The translations under genes and the position numbers were made by a program. DNA of 41,248 nucleotides from Patescibacteria group bacterium (GTDB taxonomy: Bacteria > Patescibacteriota > UBA1384 > XYA2-FULL-43-10 > 1-14-0-10-43-13): the NCBI GenBank assembly GCA_038216025.1, contig JBBQQK010000002.1, positions 1-41,248 of the forward strand, in the 5' to 3' direction. The notes below the pieces were generated by a model, which did not search any database, had not been told where the DNA came from, and was given only the letters and a program-made list of their open reading frames with translations. Shown one piece after another: positions 25,895-34,013 of this stretch; positions within the stretch are counted from its first letter, which is position 1, and each line of letters begins with the position of its first letter.

Positions 25895-26782
25895 TTATTT
25901 TTTTCCTACTACAACGACTACGTCGGCCGTACCGACAGCATTATCGTTCTGTTCCACAGTCATTGTTTTTCCGGTTATTGAGTTTGTGATCAAGTCAGCT
26001 TCTGCTTGTTTTCCTGTTTTGTAGTAGACGTAGGTTTGAGAGTATGAAAAACTTTTGGCATTTCCGGTTGAAGAAACCGTGAACCCTTTTTCTTGCAATT
26101 GTTTTGACACAATATTTCCGGCGCCTGTTATGCCGCTACCGTTTAATACCTTTAGCGATATAGTTGATTTATCAATCTCTGAGGCGGTTGTTACTTCGGG
26201 GGGAGGCGTTTGATTCTCATTAGTATTAGTATTGGCAACAATAGTAGGATTTATATTTGTATTTTGGTTTAAACTTGTATTGGCGTTATCGTTTGATTCT
26301 GAAGTGTATTGAGTAAGGTTTGAATTATTTTGATCTTTGGATTGAGTAATGGTTTTCTTTTGTTCGGGAATAATAGCGCCTTTTATAGACTTGAAGTTTT
26401 GCGAAACTAAAACAACAACTAAAACGATGAATAACATTGAAACTATGCGTCCAGGACTCAATCTGATTATTCTAGCTTTGGGCGTTATTTCCGGCTTATT
26501 AACTTCCGGTTGATTGTAATCGCTAAAAAAATCATCCTCGATTTCCTCTTTTGTGTGAGAAGCATGGCTTTCGGGCTTTTTTTCTTCATCAAATTTTTCG
26601 ACAGGAGTTCTTTTAATTTGCGGAGAAGCCGGTTCTTTGGGAATTTCTTCTAATGGCGTTTCTGTGATCAGTTCATCTTCTTCTGGTACTTCGAAATGAT
26701 CGGAGCGGCTTTTTGAGCCCCGATGTTGATGCCGCACAGGATAGTAAACCTTTTTAGGTTTAATGTCGTTTGAGATTCCCAT
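25895..26782 (-). CDS. LytR_C (LytR/CpsA/Psr C-terminal) domain membrane protein
   Basis: 295 aa. A disordered charged N-terminus, the TM helix IVSMLFIVLVVVLV, an Asn/Thr-rich low-complexity linker, then LKVLNGSGITGAGNIVSKQLQEKGFTVSSTGNA... Confidence 0.7.
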   Translation of the reverse strand: MGISNDIKPKKVYYPVRHQHRGSKSRSDHFEVPEEDELITETPLEEIPKEPASPQIKRTPVEKFDEEKKPESHASHTKEEIEDDFFSDYNQPEVNKPEITPKARIIRLSPGRIVSMLFIVLVVVLVSQNFKSIKGAIIPEQKKTITQSKDQNNSNLTQYTSESNDNANTSLNQNTNINPTIVANTNTNENQTPPPEVTTASEIDKSTISLKVLNGSGITGAGNIVSKQLQEKGFTVSSTGNAKSFSYSQTYVYYKTGKQAEADLITNSITGKTMTVEQNDNAVGTADVVVVVGKK

Positions 26783-26806
26783 TGCCCCTCAATGTTAGCT
26801 AACACC

Positions 26807-26834
26807 ATTATAACGCAAAAAATATGTAGCGCAA
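26807..26834 (-). promoter_or_regulatory. Sigma70-like promoter of the LytR_C gene
   Basis: Minus strand reads TTGCGC (26834-26829), a 16-nt spacer, then TATAAT (26812-26807). Confidence 0.45.
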
Positions 26835-26873
26835 AATTATTTTTCTGGAACTAATTTGATAAATGCCACAGTT

Positions 26874-27779
26874 TTATTCCCAATTTTTAATTTGTTCGAA
26901 TTTAGAGTGCATTTTAAATTTCTTGATGCTTCTTTGCCAATCGTCGCCAGCAATAAAATACTCATCGTCCCCTTTTTCTAGCATGGCCAAGTATCCGACA
27001 TCTTTGTAATTTATGCCCATCAAAGTTGCCGCAAGACAGTCCGCCGCTATCGGATTGGTTGTTCCGATCGCCCAATGGCATGGTACCGTGTCTCCGTCTA
27101 TCGGCCCATCGCCCTCCATCGCCTCAAAGGCGTCAATTACGGCCAACTTGATGCTTAATTTGTTATATATTCTGTAAATGTTTTGGTTGGCGCTTTTATG
27201 ATTTTCAAAAAGAATTGATTTGTGATTCTTTGAAAGGTTAAACTTTGACATAAGCTTTGAGTGAATAGAATAACCTGAGTTAGGCAAGGTGTTTTGAGCA
27301 ACATTTTTAATCGCGCCGGAATAAACTGTTGAGTTGTCAGTTTTTGGTATTGAAAGAGTGATAATATAATCGGAATCCATGATTGTTCTGGCGGTCTGAG
27401 TGTTTTGTTCGTTCCCATTGACTCCCAATAAGTTGATATCGTTATATATGTCGTTATTCATATCCGCAATAGTGAAGTCGTATTTTTCTTGTAATTCTAA
27501 ATAACCCAGCTCTTTAAAGACAGAAAAAGTTTCTCTGGAATCCGATCCCCCTGCTAAAATTATCTGATGGTTAACTGCCGGTTTTATGAAATTTAAGACT
27601 GCATCCAGAGTATCTTTATGAGTAACTGCAGATTTATTTTTTGTAGTCATGCAGTTAGGTATGACTACAACTTGTCTCGCCTCTCTTAAGCCGGAAAATA
27701 TTTCTGTCTTTAAAAGGGCCAAGCACCGTTCAATGTTGTTTTTGCGGACGTTTGATTTTATGAATGACAATTTTATCAT
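26874..27779 (-). CDS. DUF362 domain protein
   Basis: 301 aa. VIDAFEAMEGDGPIDGDTVPCHWAIGTTNPIAADCLAATLMGI matches the DUF362 core. It starts 9 nt after the mpg stop. Confidence 0.7.
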   Translation of the reverse strand: MIKLSFIKSNVRKNNIERCLALLKTEIFSGLREARQVVVIPNCMTTKNKSAVTHKDTLDAVLNFIKPAVNHQIILAGGSDSRETFSVFKELGYLELQEKYDFTIADMNNDIYNDINLLGVNGNEQNTQTARTIMDSDYIITLSIPKTDNSTVYSGAIKNVAQNTLPNSGYSIHSKLMSKFNLSKNHKSILFENHKSANQNIYRIYNKLSIKLAVIDAFEAMEGDGPIDGDTVPCHWAIGTTNPIAADCLAATLMGINYKDVGYLAMLEKGDDEYFIAGDDWQRSIKKFKMHSKFEQIKNWE

Positions 27780-27788
27780 GTGTAAAAT

Positions 27789-28394
27789 TTATTGCTTAAT
27801 CTGTTTGCTTACGCAGGGATTATCTTTGATATAAAAACGCCAAGGATAGCCTTTGCAAGACCCCGCATAGTCAATCCCTATTCTGGCAGTTTTTATTATA
27901 TCAAAACTTCTGTTTCGTTCATAAAGAATCTCAGTGTAGTTCGATGTTTCGATATCTAATCCGTTACATTGCCTGGTGATGCCAAAGGCAATTGAAAATT
28001 TACCTGGTCCAGTCGCCAAAAGACCGTTGTCTTTAACAAATTTATTGTTTTTAATCCGTTGTTTGGTAAATTCGACTCCCTCAACAATCTCCGCAGATCT
28101 TATCAATACAGCGCTTGGATAATCCGTTGCATCACAGACTATATTGGTAAGGTAAAAAATTCCATAGTTTAGATAAACATAAAAATGGCCCGCTTCTCCG
28201 TAAAGGAGTTCTGTTCTTTTGGTTCTTCCTTTACTTGCATGACAAGCTAAATCATCTTCTCCTGAATAAGCTTCTGTTTCGACTATCTTGCCAATCACTC
28301 TTTTGCCGTCTAGATCAGTTATAAAATAGTGACCGAGAAGATCGGTCGCTACTTCTACTGAATTTCGTTCGAAAAATGATTTGTCGATTTTCAT
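27789..28394 (-). CDS. mpg: DNA-3-methyladenine (alkylpurine) glycosylase, Mpg/AAG family
   Basis: 201 aa with VATDLLGHYF, GKIVETEAYSGEDDLACHASKGRTKRTELLYGEAGHFYVYLNYG, AVLIRS and LATGPGK. Confidence 0.85.
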   Translation of the reverse strand: MKIDKSFFERNSVEVATDLLGHYFITDLDGKRVIGKIVETEAYSGEDDLACHASKGRTKRTELLYGEAGHFYVYLNYGIFYLTNIVCDATDYPSAVLIRSAEIVEGVEFTKQRIKNNKFVKDNGLLATGPGKFSIAFGITRQCNGLDIETSNYTEILYERNRSFDIIKTARIGIDYAGSCKGYPWRFYIKDNPCVSKQIKQ

Positions 28395-28422
28395 TAAAAT
28401 ATATGGCTTATTGGATAGTTAT

Positions 28423-29034
28423 TTAACCTCCGAATTTTCTTATGACTCCCTTGACCTTGCCCTGGATAGTCACCCTTTTTTTAGAAAAGTGCATCGGCTT
28501 CATGGAGCTGTTGGCCGGTTGGAGTCTTATCGAATCTTTTTCGTTGTAAAAGCGCTTTAATGTGGCATTTTCATTGTCAACCAGAGCAACCACAATATCT
28601 CCGTTGCGGGCTACAGTTGTTTGCTCAATGATAACATAATCTCCATCAAGAATGCCGTCTTCTATCATGGATGTGCCACGAACTTTTAAGGCAAAAGTCT
28701 TTTTCCCCATCATGTCTCGAGGAATGTCTATTGTCTCATGTGTTCTTATTGCTTCAATCGGTCTGCCGGCGTCTATTACTCCCTCAAGCGGTATATCGAA
28801 GGTTTCCATGCCTGCGTCAAAACTAGGGGTTAATTGAATTGCTCGAGCTTCCATGGCGTCTTTTGTCAAGTAGCCCTTTTCCTGCAAAATGTTTATGTAT
28901 TCGGCTATGGTTCCAGTCGATGAGTACTCGAAATAATAAGCTATTTCTCTGTAGCTAGGGGCATAGCCATTTTGATCAATAAATAATCTTATAAAATCCA
29001 AGATCTCTTTCTGGCGCTTTGTTAGTGGGTTCAT
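28423..29034 (-). CDS. lexA: SOS repressor LexA
   Basis: True start at MNPLTKRQKEILDFI (ATG 29034; AAGGA SD). It has a winged HTH, an Ala-Gly cleavage site (IDAGRP), the catalytic Ser in RGTSM and Lys in ATLKRF. The track's 46 extra N-terminal codons cover the promoter region. Confidence 0.9.
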   Translation of the reverse strand: MNPLTKRQKEILDFIRLFIDQNGYAPSYREIAYYFEYSSTGTIAEYINILQEKGYLTKDAMEARAIQLTPSFDAGMETFDIPLEGVIDAGRPIEAIRTHETIDIPRDMMGKKTFALKVRGTSMIEDGILDGDYVIIEQTTVARNGDIVVALVDNENATLKRFYNEKDSIRLQPANSSMKPMHFSKKRVTIQGKVKGVIRKFGG

Positions 29035-29044
29035 TGATTTCCTT

Positions 29045-29061
29045 TGTTCGTTTTTTGTTTG
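29045..29061. promoter_or_regulatory. Second, weaker LexA-type direct-repeat site in the lexA leader
   Basis: The + strand reads TGTTCGTTTTTTGTTTG, with one mismatch in the second hexamer, just upstream of the lexA SD. Confidence 0.3.
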
Positions 29062-29082
29062 GTTGTTGAATAACTTTATTAT

Positions 29083-29099
29083 CGAACATAAGCCGAACA
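29083..29099. promoter_or_regulatory. Candidate LexA operator (TGTTCG-N5-TGTTCG) at the lexA promoter
   Basis: The minus strand reads TGTTCGGCTTATGTTCG, starting 8 nt downstream of a TATACT -10 (29113-29108), so it covers the predicted transcription start. It contains GTTC-N7-GTTC. Confidence 0.5.
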
Positions 29100-29135
29100 A
29101 AGTAAATAGTATAAACTGTGGATAAATATTACAAT

Positions 29136-29164
29136 TTGACAAAAATGTATTTCCGATATAAATT
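29136..29164 (+). promoter_or_regulatory. Orphan + strand promoter divergent from lexA
   Basis: TTGACA (29136-29141), a 17-nt spacer, then TAAATT (29159-29164). No + strand ORF follows. Confidence 0.4.
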
Positions 29165-29170
29165 AATAGC

Positions 29171-29279
29171 AATTCAATGATCTCCAGCTACTTGCGTTGG
29201 AGATTGCTCAGCTAGCCTCCGTAAAGGTTAGCACAAACTAAAGGTCAGACTATCGTGCGCCTCACTCTGACCTTTTTTT
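29171..29279 (+). ncRNA. Candidate ~110-nt small RNA (three hairpins, CCUCC in the second loop, U7 terminator)
   Basis: HP1 is ATCTCCA/TGGAGAT (29180-29204). HP2 is GCTAGCCT-ccgtaa-AGGTTAGC (29211-29232), 8 bp including a G-U possible only on the + strand. HP3 is AAAGGTCAGA/TCTGACCTTT (29240-29275) followed by T7. The promoter is at 29136-29164. Confidence 0.3.
29240..29279 (+). terminator. Strong intrinsic terminator (better on the + strand; may also stop the rlmD-like transcript)
   Basis: A 10-bp stem with a 16-nt loop and a run of 7 T on the + strand. The minus-strand version is followed only by UUUAGUUUG. Confidence 0.6.
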
Positions 29280-29317
29280 AATTTACTTCAATGAGTGTTA
29301 TGCTTGCGTGTAATGAA

Positions 29318-30655
29318 TTAAGCTGTCAAAATCCCTATGCATTCAATGTGATGGGTTTGCGGGAACATGTCGATTGGTTGAACTTTTTGTAATAGAATTC
29401 CGCTGTCTTTCAATAGATTTATGTCTCTGGCAAAAGTTGCGGGATTGCAGGAAACGTAAACTATTCTTTGTTTGTTTCCAATTTTTAAGTTTTTTATTGT
29501 GTCTTTTGATAAACCTGCCCTTGGTGGATCGACTATAATCACGTCAAATTTCTCTTTATTTTTTTGTAAAAACCTTGCGGAGTCCCCGCAATAAAATTCT
29601 ACATTTGTACGTTTGTTGATTTTTGCGTTGTCTTTAGCGTCTGCAATCGCCTTGGATACCAATTCTACCCCTACGACTTTCTTGGACAGTGCTGATAGAT
29701 AAATGCCTATCGTGCCAGTGCCGCAATACAAGTCCAGAACATTCTCCCCTATCTTTAGATCGGCTATTTCTTTTATCTTGTCATACAAGTTCTTAACACC
29801 AAGTGAATTGGTTTGAAAAAATGATTCCGGAGATATTTGAAAAGTATAAGCGCCAATTTTTTCAAAAATGACAGGACTTCCTATTAATAATCGTCTTCTT
29901 CCATCCGAGAGGTTGGTCGCAGACGAAACGGTGTGGTAAAGTGATTTTACTTTTTCTAACTTTTTAAAATAGTCGATGATTTCTTTTTCACAAGGTAGAA
30001 TATTAGTTTTAGTTATTATCTCTATCATATATTGGTCGGTGTTTTTTCCGTGCCTGATACGCAATTGGCTTAAAAGAAATGCTTCTGCAGACGCATTTTT
30101 ATTAATAATGCACAGCAACCCGTTTATTATGTCTTGTGAATCCCGCGACAAGAGAAGGCAGTTAGTGATCGGCAGCAAGCCATCTTTATAGTTTGTCCGG
30201 TTCATACTAATACTTATCTCGCCATTATTTTCAACGAAAAAATAACGCATGACATTCCGGTAAAAATAGCATTGGGTAGATCCCGCTATAATTTTTTCTA
30301 TTTTAACATCAATTTTCGCTCTTTCTAGTGTTTCCGCAAAAACAGCCTCCTTAAAACGAAGCTGGTCCAAAGAAGAGATGTTTTGATGGTCGCATCCGCC
30401 GCATTGATCAAAGGATTTGCACTGAGGCTCAATCCTAAATTTTGATGGTTCGATTATATTTGAGATTTCCCCTTCAATATAATTTGGTTTCTCTTTGACT
30501 GTATTAAATTCGACAAGATCACCGGGTACGGTTTTTTTAATTAAAACTTTTTTTTGGGATTGATCGTCTATCCCTAATCCCCAGCCTTCATAAATGATTT
30601 TTTCAATTTTTGTACTCATAGAACTCAATTTATCAACTTTGACTCTTTTATTCAA
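29318..30655 (-). CDS. rlmD: 23S rRNA (uracil-5)-methyltransferase, RumA/RlmD (TrmA) family
   Basis: 445 aa. N-terminal TRAM-like segment, Fe-S cysteines CKSFDQCGGCDHQ, SAM motif VLDLYCGTGTIG, DPPRAG and VYVSCNPATFARD. Confidence 0.8.
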   Translation of the reverse strand: MNKRVKVDKLSSMSTKIEKIIYEGWGLGIDDQSQKKVLIKKTVPGDLVEFNTVKEKPNYIEGEISNIIEPSKFRIEPQCKSFDQCGGCDHQNISSLDQLRFKEAVFAETLERAKIDVKIEKIIAGSTQCYFYRNVMRYFFVENNGEISISMNRTNYKDGLLPITNCLLLSRDSQDIINGLLCIINKNASAEAFLLSQLRIRHGKNTDQYMIEIITKTNILPCEKEIIDYFKKLEKVKSLYHTVSSATNLSDGRRRLLIGSPVIFEKIGAYTFQISPESFFQTNSLGVKNLYDKIKEIADLKIGENVLDLYCGTGTIGIYLSALSKKVVGVELVSKAIADAKDNAKINKRTNVEFYCGDSARFLQKNKEKFDVIIVDPPRAGLSKDTIKNLKIGNKQRIVYVSCNPATFARDINLLKDSGILLQKVQPIDMFPQTHHIECIGILTA

Positions 30656-30727
30656 TTTTTTTCTAATAAATCCAAAGAATTATAAATTAAAGCGCCTAAA
30701 ATTTTATAATAGAGGAGGTGAAAAGAA

Positions 30728-31267
30728 ATGAAGACGAAAATATTACCAGTAATAATAGCAGCCTTTTTATTTCTCTTTACTGTTTCATTTTCAAGCGCTC
30801 AAGTAAGAGAAGATGCGCAGGTGCCGGCTCAACAAATGCAAGAAATCCAAGTGCAAACTCAGCTCGGACGAATGCTATTAGACAATCAAGAGACTACAAT
30901 CATGGGAAGACTATTTGTGCAAACAGGAATAGACAAAACATTGTCACAAGATGGACCTTATACTTTGTTTGTTCCTACTAATCAGTCCTTGATGAATGTG
31001 CCTCAAGATATTGCGCAAAGAGCGGTAACAGATAAGGCTACTGCCGAAAGGGTTCTAAGGAACCATGTTGTTAATGGAAGAATCACCAATTTGACTACAA
31101 CCGATAAAGAATATGATTCATTAAACGGTATGAAAATTAAAATCACAAGCGAAAATAGTGATTATTATGTTAACGGTCAGAAAATAGTCGATATGAAGAG
31201 GTATGAAGACGGTATTGTCTACGTTATTGACGGCACAATAATGCCTGAAGATGTTGTGAGAGGTTAG
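30728..31267 (+). CDS. Secreted fasciclin (FAS1) domain protein
   Basis: 179 aa with a signal peptide, GPYTLFVPTNQSL and VYVIDGTIMP. GGAGGTG lies 7 nt before the ATG. Confidence 0.8.
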   Translation: MKTKILPVIIAAFLFLFTVSFSSAQVREDAQVPAQQMQEIQVQTQLGRMLLDNQETTIMGRLFVQTGIDKTLSQDGPYTLFVPTNQSLMNVPQDIAQRAVTDKATAERVLRNHVVNGRITNLTTTDKEYDSLNGMKIKITSENSDYYVNGQKIVDMKRYEDGIVYVIDGTIMPEDVVRG

Positions 31268-31285
31268 GCCAAACTTTGTAGCTAT

Positions 31286-31317
31286 AAAAAATCGCTTCTT
31301 AACTGAAGCGATTTTTT
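31286..31317. terminator. Bidirectional terminator between convergent genes
   Basis: AAAAAATCGCTTC-ttaact-GAAGCGATTTTTT is a 13-bp stem with A/T tracts on both sides. Confidence 0.7.
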
Positions 31318-31325
31318 ATTTAAGA

Positions 31326-31847
31326 TTATTTTTTTACTTTTATGGAGTATCCGCCCGATATGATCCCTGCCAATAATATCAACCCTATTCCAAATATAAT
31401 ATATTGCTTTGATTTATTTTCTTTTTTTTCTCTTTTATCCTCGATGTTCGGTGGCTGTTCGGCGATCAATTCGAGAGAAAATAATTCGACCTTAATCCCC
31501 CCTCTGACACTAGCGCTTACTGAATGTTTGCCTTCCTGAATCTCTTTGCCGGATACTTTTAGTTTCCAATCACCCTCGTTATTAGAAATAGTATTTTTTC
31601 TTTGATCCGCTTTGAATATTACAGTAATTTCTGTATTTGGTTTTGCTTTTCCTGCTATTTCTATTTCGTCTGACTGTTTTGCAAAAATAATTTCATCTCC
31701 GATTGGGGCAATATGCTCTATTGTGTTTATTAAAACAATTTCTAGCGAGAGATTGCTTGTTATCGGCAGCGAAACATCTTCTGCGATTGACCTTGTGGGC
31801 AAGAGCAGAGTCATAACGACTGTAAAAACTATTAGGAATTTACGCAT
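31326..31847 (-). CDS. Secreted hypothetical protein with a C-terminal membrane anchor
   Basis: Start at MRKFLIVFTVVMTLLLP (ATG 31847; GGAGA 5 nt upstream). It has a beta-rich middle and the C-terminal helix IIFGIGLILLAGIISGGY followed by KVKK. Confidence 0.55.
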   Translation of the reverse strand: MRKFLIVFTVVMTLLLPTRSIAEDVSLPITSNLSLEIVLINTIEHIAPIGDEIIFAKQSDEIEIAGKAKPNTEITVIFKADQRKNTISNNEGDWKLKVSGKEIQEGKHSVSASVRGGIKVELFSLELIAEQPPNIEDKREKKENKSKQYIIFGIGLILLAGIISGGYSIKVKK

Positions 31848-31941
31848 AATTCTCCATTTGAGGACTTTAATTTCTTGTGCTCTATACAACAAATACATTT
31901 ATTTGCTATTTAAGTCAAATCATCTGCTCTCTTTCTGTGCC

Positions 31942-32574
31942 TCAATGTTTTTCATGGGCCTCGGCTGCTTTAAATAAAATGATTCCTGCGGCAGTTGACA
32001 CATTGAGCGAGTTAACATGTCCATGCATCGGTATCTCCAATATGGCATCGCAAAGATCCAGCGCTTCTTTTTCAACTCCGTTAACCTCATTGCCCACAAT
32101 TATGGCTAACGGCTCATTGTAGGGATATGTTCTATAATCAATACTGTTTTGTGCTTGTTCTAAGGCGACGATATTAATATTATTTTCTTTCAATTCTCTT
32201 ATTGCTTCTAATGTTGAGGTTTTGTACTCAAATTCAACTTCCCCCAAAGCTTTGAGCGCTGTTTTGGCAATCAGGCTCTCGAGAGATGATTTGACGCACT
32301 CATGAGAAGGGTTGTATTTTATGATTGCTCTATCGCCTATGATGTCTGCACAGGACACAATATCCACCTTGTCTATCAACCTTATTATTTTATTGCTTGG
32401 ATAAGCAGTAATGCCGCAGAGGTAAATTTTTTTGATACCGGCAGCATCGGCGGTCCGGAAAATTGCCCCGACATTAAGAATGGAGCGAATGTTATCTAAT
32501 ATCAAATAGACCTCAGAGGGAGGTCTATTTGATATGGTATCGATTATGTGTGATTTATTTTTCCGTATTGCCAT
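31942..32574 (-). CDS. SpoU/TrmH-family RNA 2'-O-methyltransferase
   Basis: 210 aa with NVGAIFRTADAAG, IVGNEVNGV and IPMHGHVNSLNVSTAAGIILF. It overlaps the hisS end by 20 nt. Confidence 0.8.
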   Translation of the reverse strand: MAIRKNKSHIIDTISNRPPSEVYLILDNIRSILNVGAIFRTADAAGIKKIYLCGITAYPSNKIIRLIDKVDIVSCADIIGDRAIIKYNPSHECVKSSLESLIAKTALKALGEVEFEYKTSTLEAIRELKENNINIVALEQAQNSIDYRTYPYNEPLAIIVGNEVNGVEKEALDLCDAILEIPMHGHVNSLNVSTAAGIILFKAAEAHEKH

Positions 32575-33877
32575 TACCGCAATAAGCTATTTTCGCTAAT
32601 CTTTTTTTAACTTCTTCGACGAGCATTACAACGGGAATAACTTCTTGTGACGAAGCCGATAGGTCTCTGAGAATAACTTCGTCTTTCATCGCCTCTCTCT
32701 GGCCGATGATTAAGGCATATCGTGCCCCTAGCTTGACTGCTGAGGTAATCTGTTGCTTCAGCGCTTCGTTTGATGGGACGAAGTAGACGTTTACATCATT
32801 TTTATTTAAACCATCGTATATTTTTTTTGATACTTCTTTCGCTTTGTCTCCTAACTGAAGAATGCAAACCTCGACTCCTCTGCGTTTTGGCAGTTCAACA
32901 TTTTGCTCTTTCATTAAATTAACAACACGATCTACGCCGATGGAATAGCCAACCGCGGGAGTATTTGGACCGCCAAGTAATTTTACCAAGCCATTGTAGC
33001 GTCCGCCGCCACAAACCACATTGGATCGACGTTTATCATCTTTGTCGGCAATCTCAAATACGGTATTTGTGTAGTAGTCGAGGCCTCTGACTAAAGTCGG
33101 GTCTAGATCATATGAGATTTCAAAATAGTCCAAAAACTGTAAGGTATCTTGAAAATGGTTTCGACAATTTGTGCAAAGTGAGTCGAGTATATTGGGAGCG
33201 GCCTTAACCAGTTCTTTGCAGCCTTCATCTTTGCAATCCAAGAGTCTTAACGGGTTCTTCTCCATTCTGGATTGACACACTTGGCAAAGTTGATCCTTTT
33301 TGTCTTTGTAATATTTTTTCAGTTTAACAATATATTTTGGACGGCATTCTGCGCATCCTATTGAATTAGCATAAACTTTTAAATTTTTAAGTCCCAATTC
33401 GGTAAGAGTTTCCCAAGCAGACATTATAATTAAATAGTCAGCTTCTGGCGATTCGTCCCCGAACATTTCAACTCCTGTTTGGTAGAATTCGCGGTAACGT
33501 CCTTTTTGGGGTCTTTCTCGTCTAAAAACTGGACCAAAATAATAAAGACGAACCGGTTGGGGCCAGCTGGTCATGCCATTTTGAATATAGGAGCGTACGG
33601 CGCCGGCAGTAAACTCTGGACGTAGCGCAAGAGTGGTCGATTCTTCTTTTTCTGATTTATTTTCAATCAGAAACATTTCTTTTGAAACTATGTCTGTTTC
33701 GCTACCGATTCCGCGAGCAAAAATATCTAGATTTTCAAAATGTGGAAGCTCAATTCTTTCGAAAGCTAACCCTTCTAAAACCTTGGCCGAAACACATCTA
33801 ATTGCCTGCCAGTAAGGCTGGTCCGAAGGTAAGATGTCTTTAGTACCGCGAGGATTCTGATATTCGTTTTTGCCCAT
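32555..33877 (-). CDS. hisS: Histidine--tRNA ligase
   Basis: 440 aa with RGTKDILP, FRRERPQKGRYREFYQ (motif 2) and GGGRYNGL (motif 3), plus an anticodon-binding C-terminus. Confidence 0.9.
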   Translation of the reverse strand: MGKNEYQNPRGTKDILPSDQPYWQAIRCVSAKVLEGLAFERIELPHFENLDIFARGIGSETDIVSKEMFLIENKSEKEESTTLALRPEFTAGAVRSYIQNGMTSWPQPVRLYYFGPVFRRERPQKGRYREFYQTGVEMFGDESPEADYLIIMSAWETLTELGLKNLKVYANSIGCAECRPKYIVKLKKYYKDKKDQLCQVCQSRMEKNPLRLLDCKDEGCKELVKAAPNILDSLCTNCRNHFQDTLQFLDYFEISYDLDPTLVRGLDYYTNTVFEIADKDDKRRSNVVCGGGRYNGLVKLLGGPNTPAVGYSIGVDRVVNLMKEQNVELPKRRGVEVCILQLGDKAKEVSKKIYDGLNKNDVNVYFVPSNEALKQQITSAVKLGARYALIIGQREAMKDEVILRDLSASSQEVIPVVMLVEEVKKRLAKIAYCGNGNTEK

Positions 33878-34013
33878 TTTAGAACTCCAACTAACTACTT
33901 ATATAATTTGATTTTCTAGTTTCCTGCTATCAAAATTAACCCAATCATAACAAGGCCGAACCTAAATTGCAAATTGTCAAAGAGGAGGCATTAAATTAGT
34001 ACACAAACTATGA

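Noticed and set aside
29035-29172. A 46-codon N-terminal extension of the lexA ORF in the track (TTG 29172).
   Set aside because: The extension is hydrophobic, AT-driven sequence covering the promoter and operator region. Canonical LexA begins at MNPLTKRQKEIL with an SD. The extension also overlaps the divergent + strand promoter.
30718-30981. A + strand 87-aa ORF overlapping the fasciclin gene in another frame.
   Set aside because: The 30728 frame encodes a clean signal peptide plus FAS1 domain and has the GGAGGTG SD at correct spacing. The alternative frame is low-complexity.
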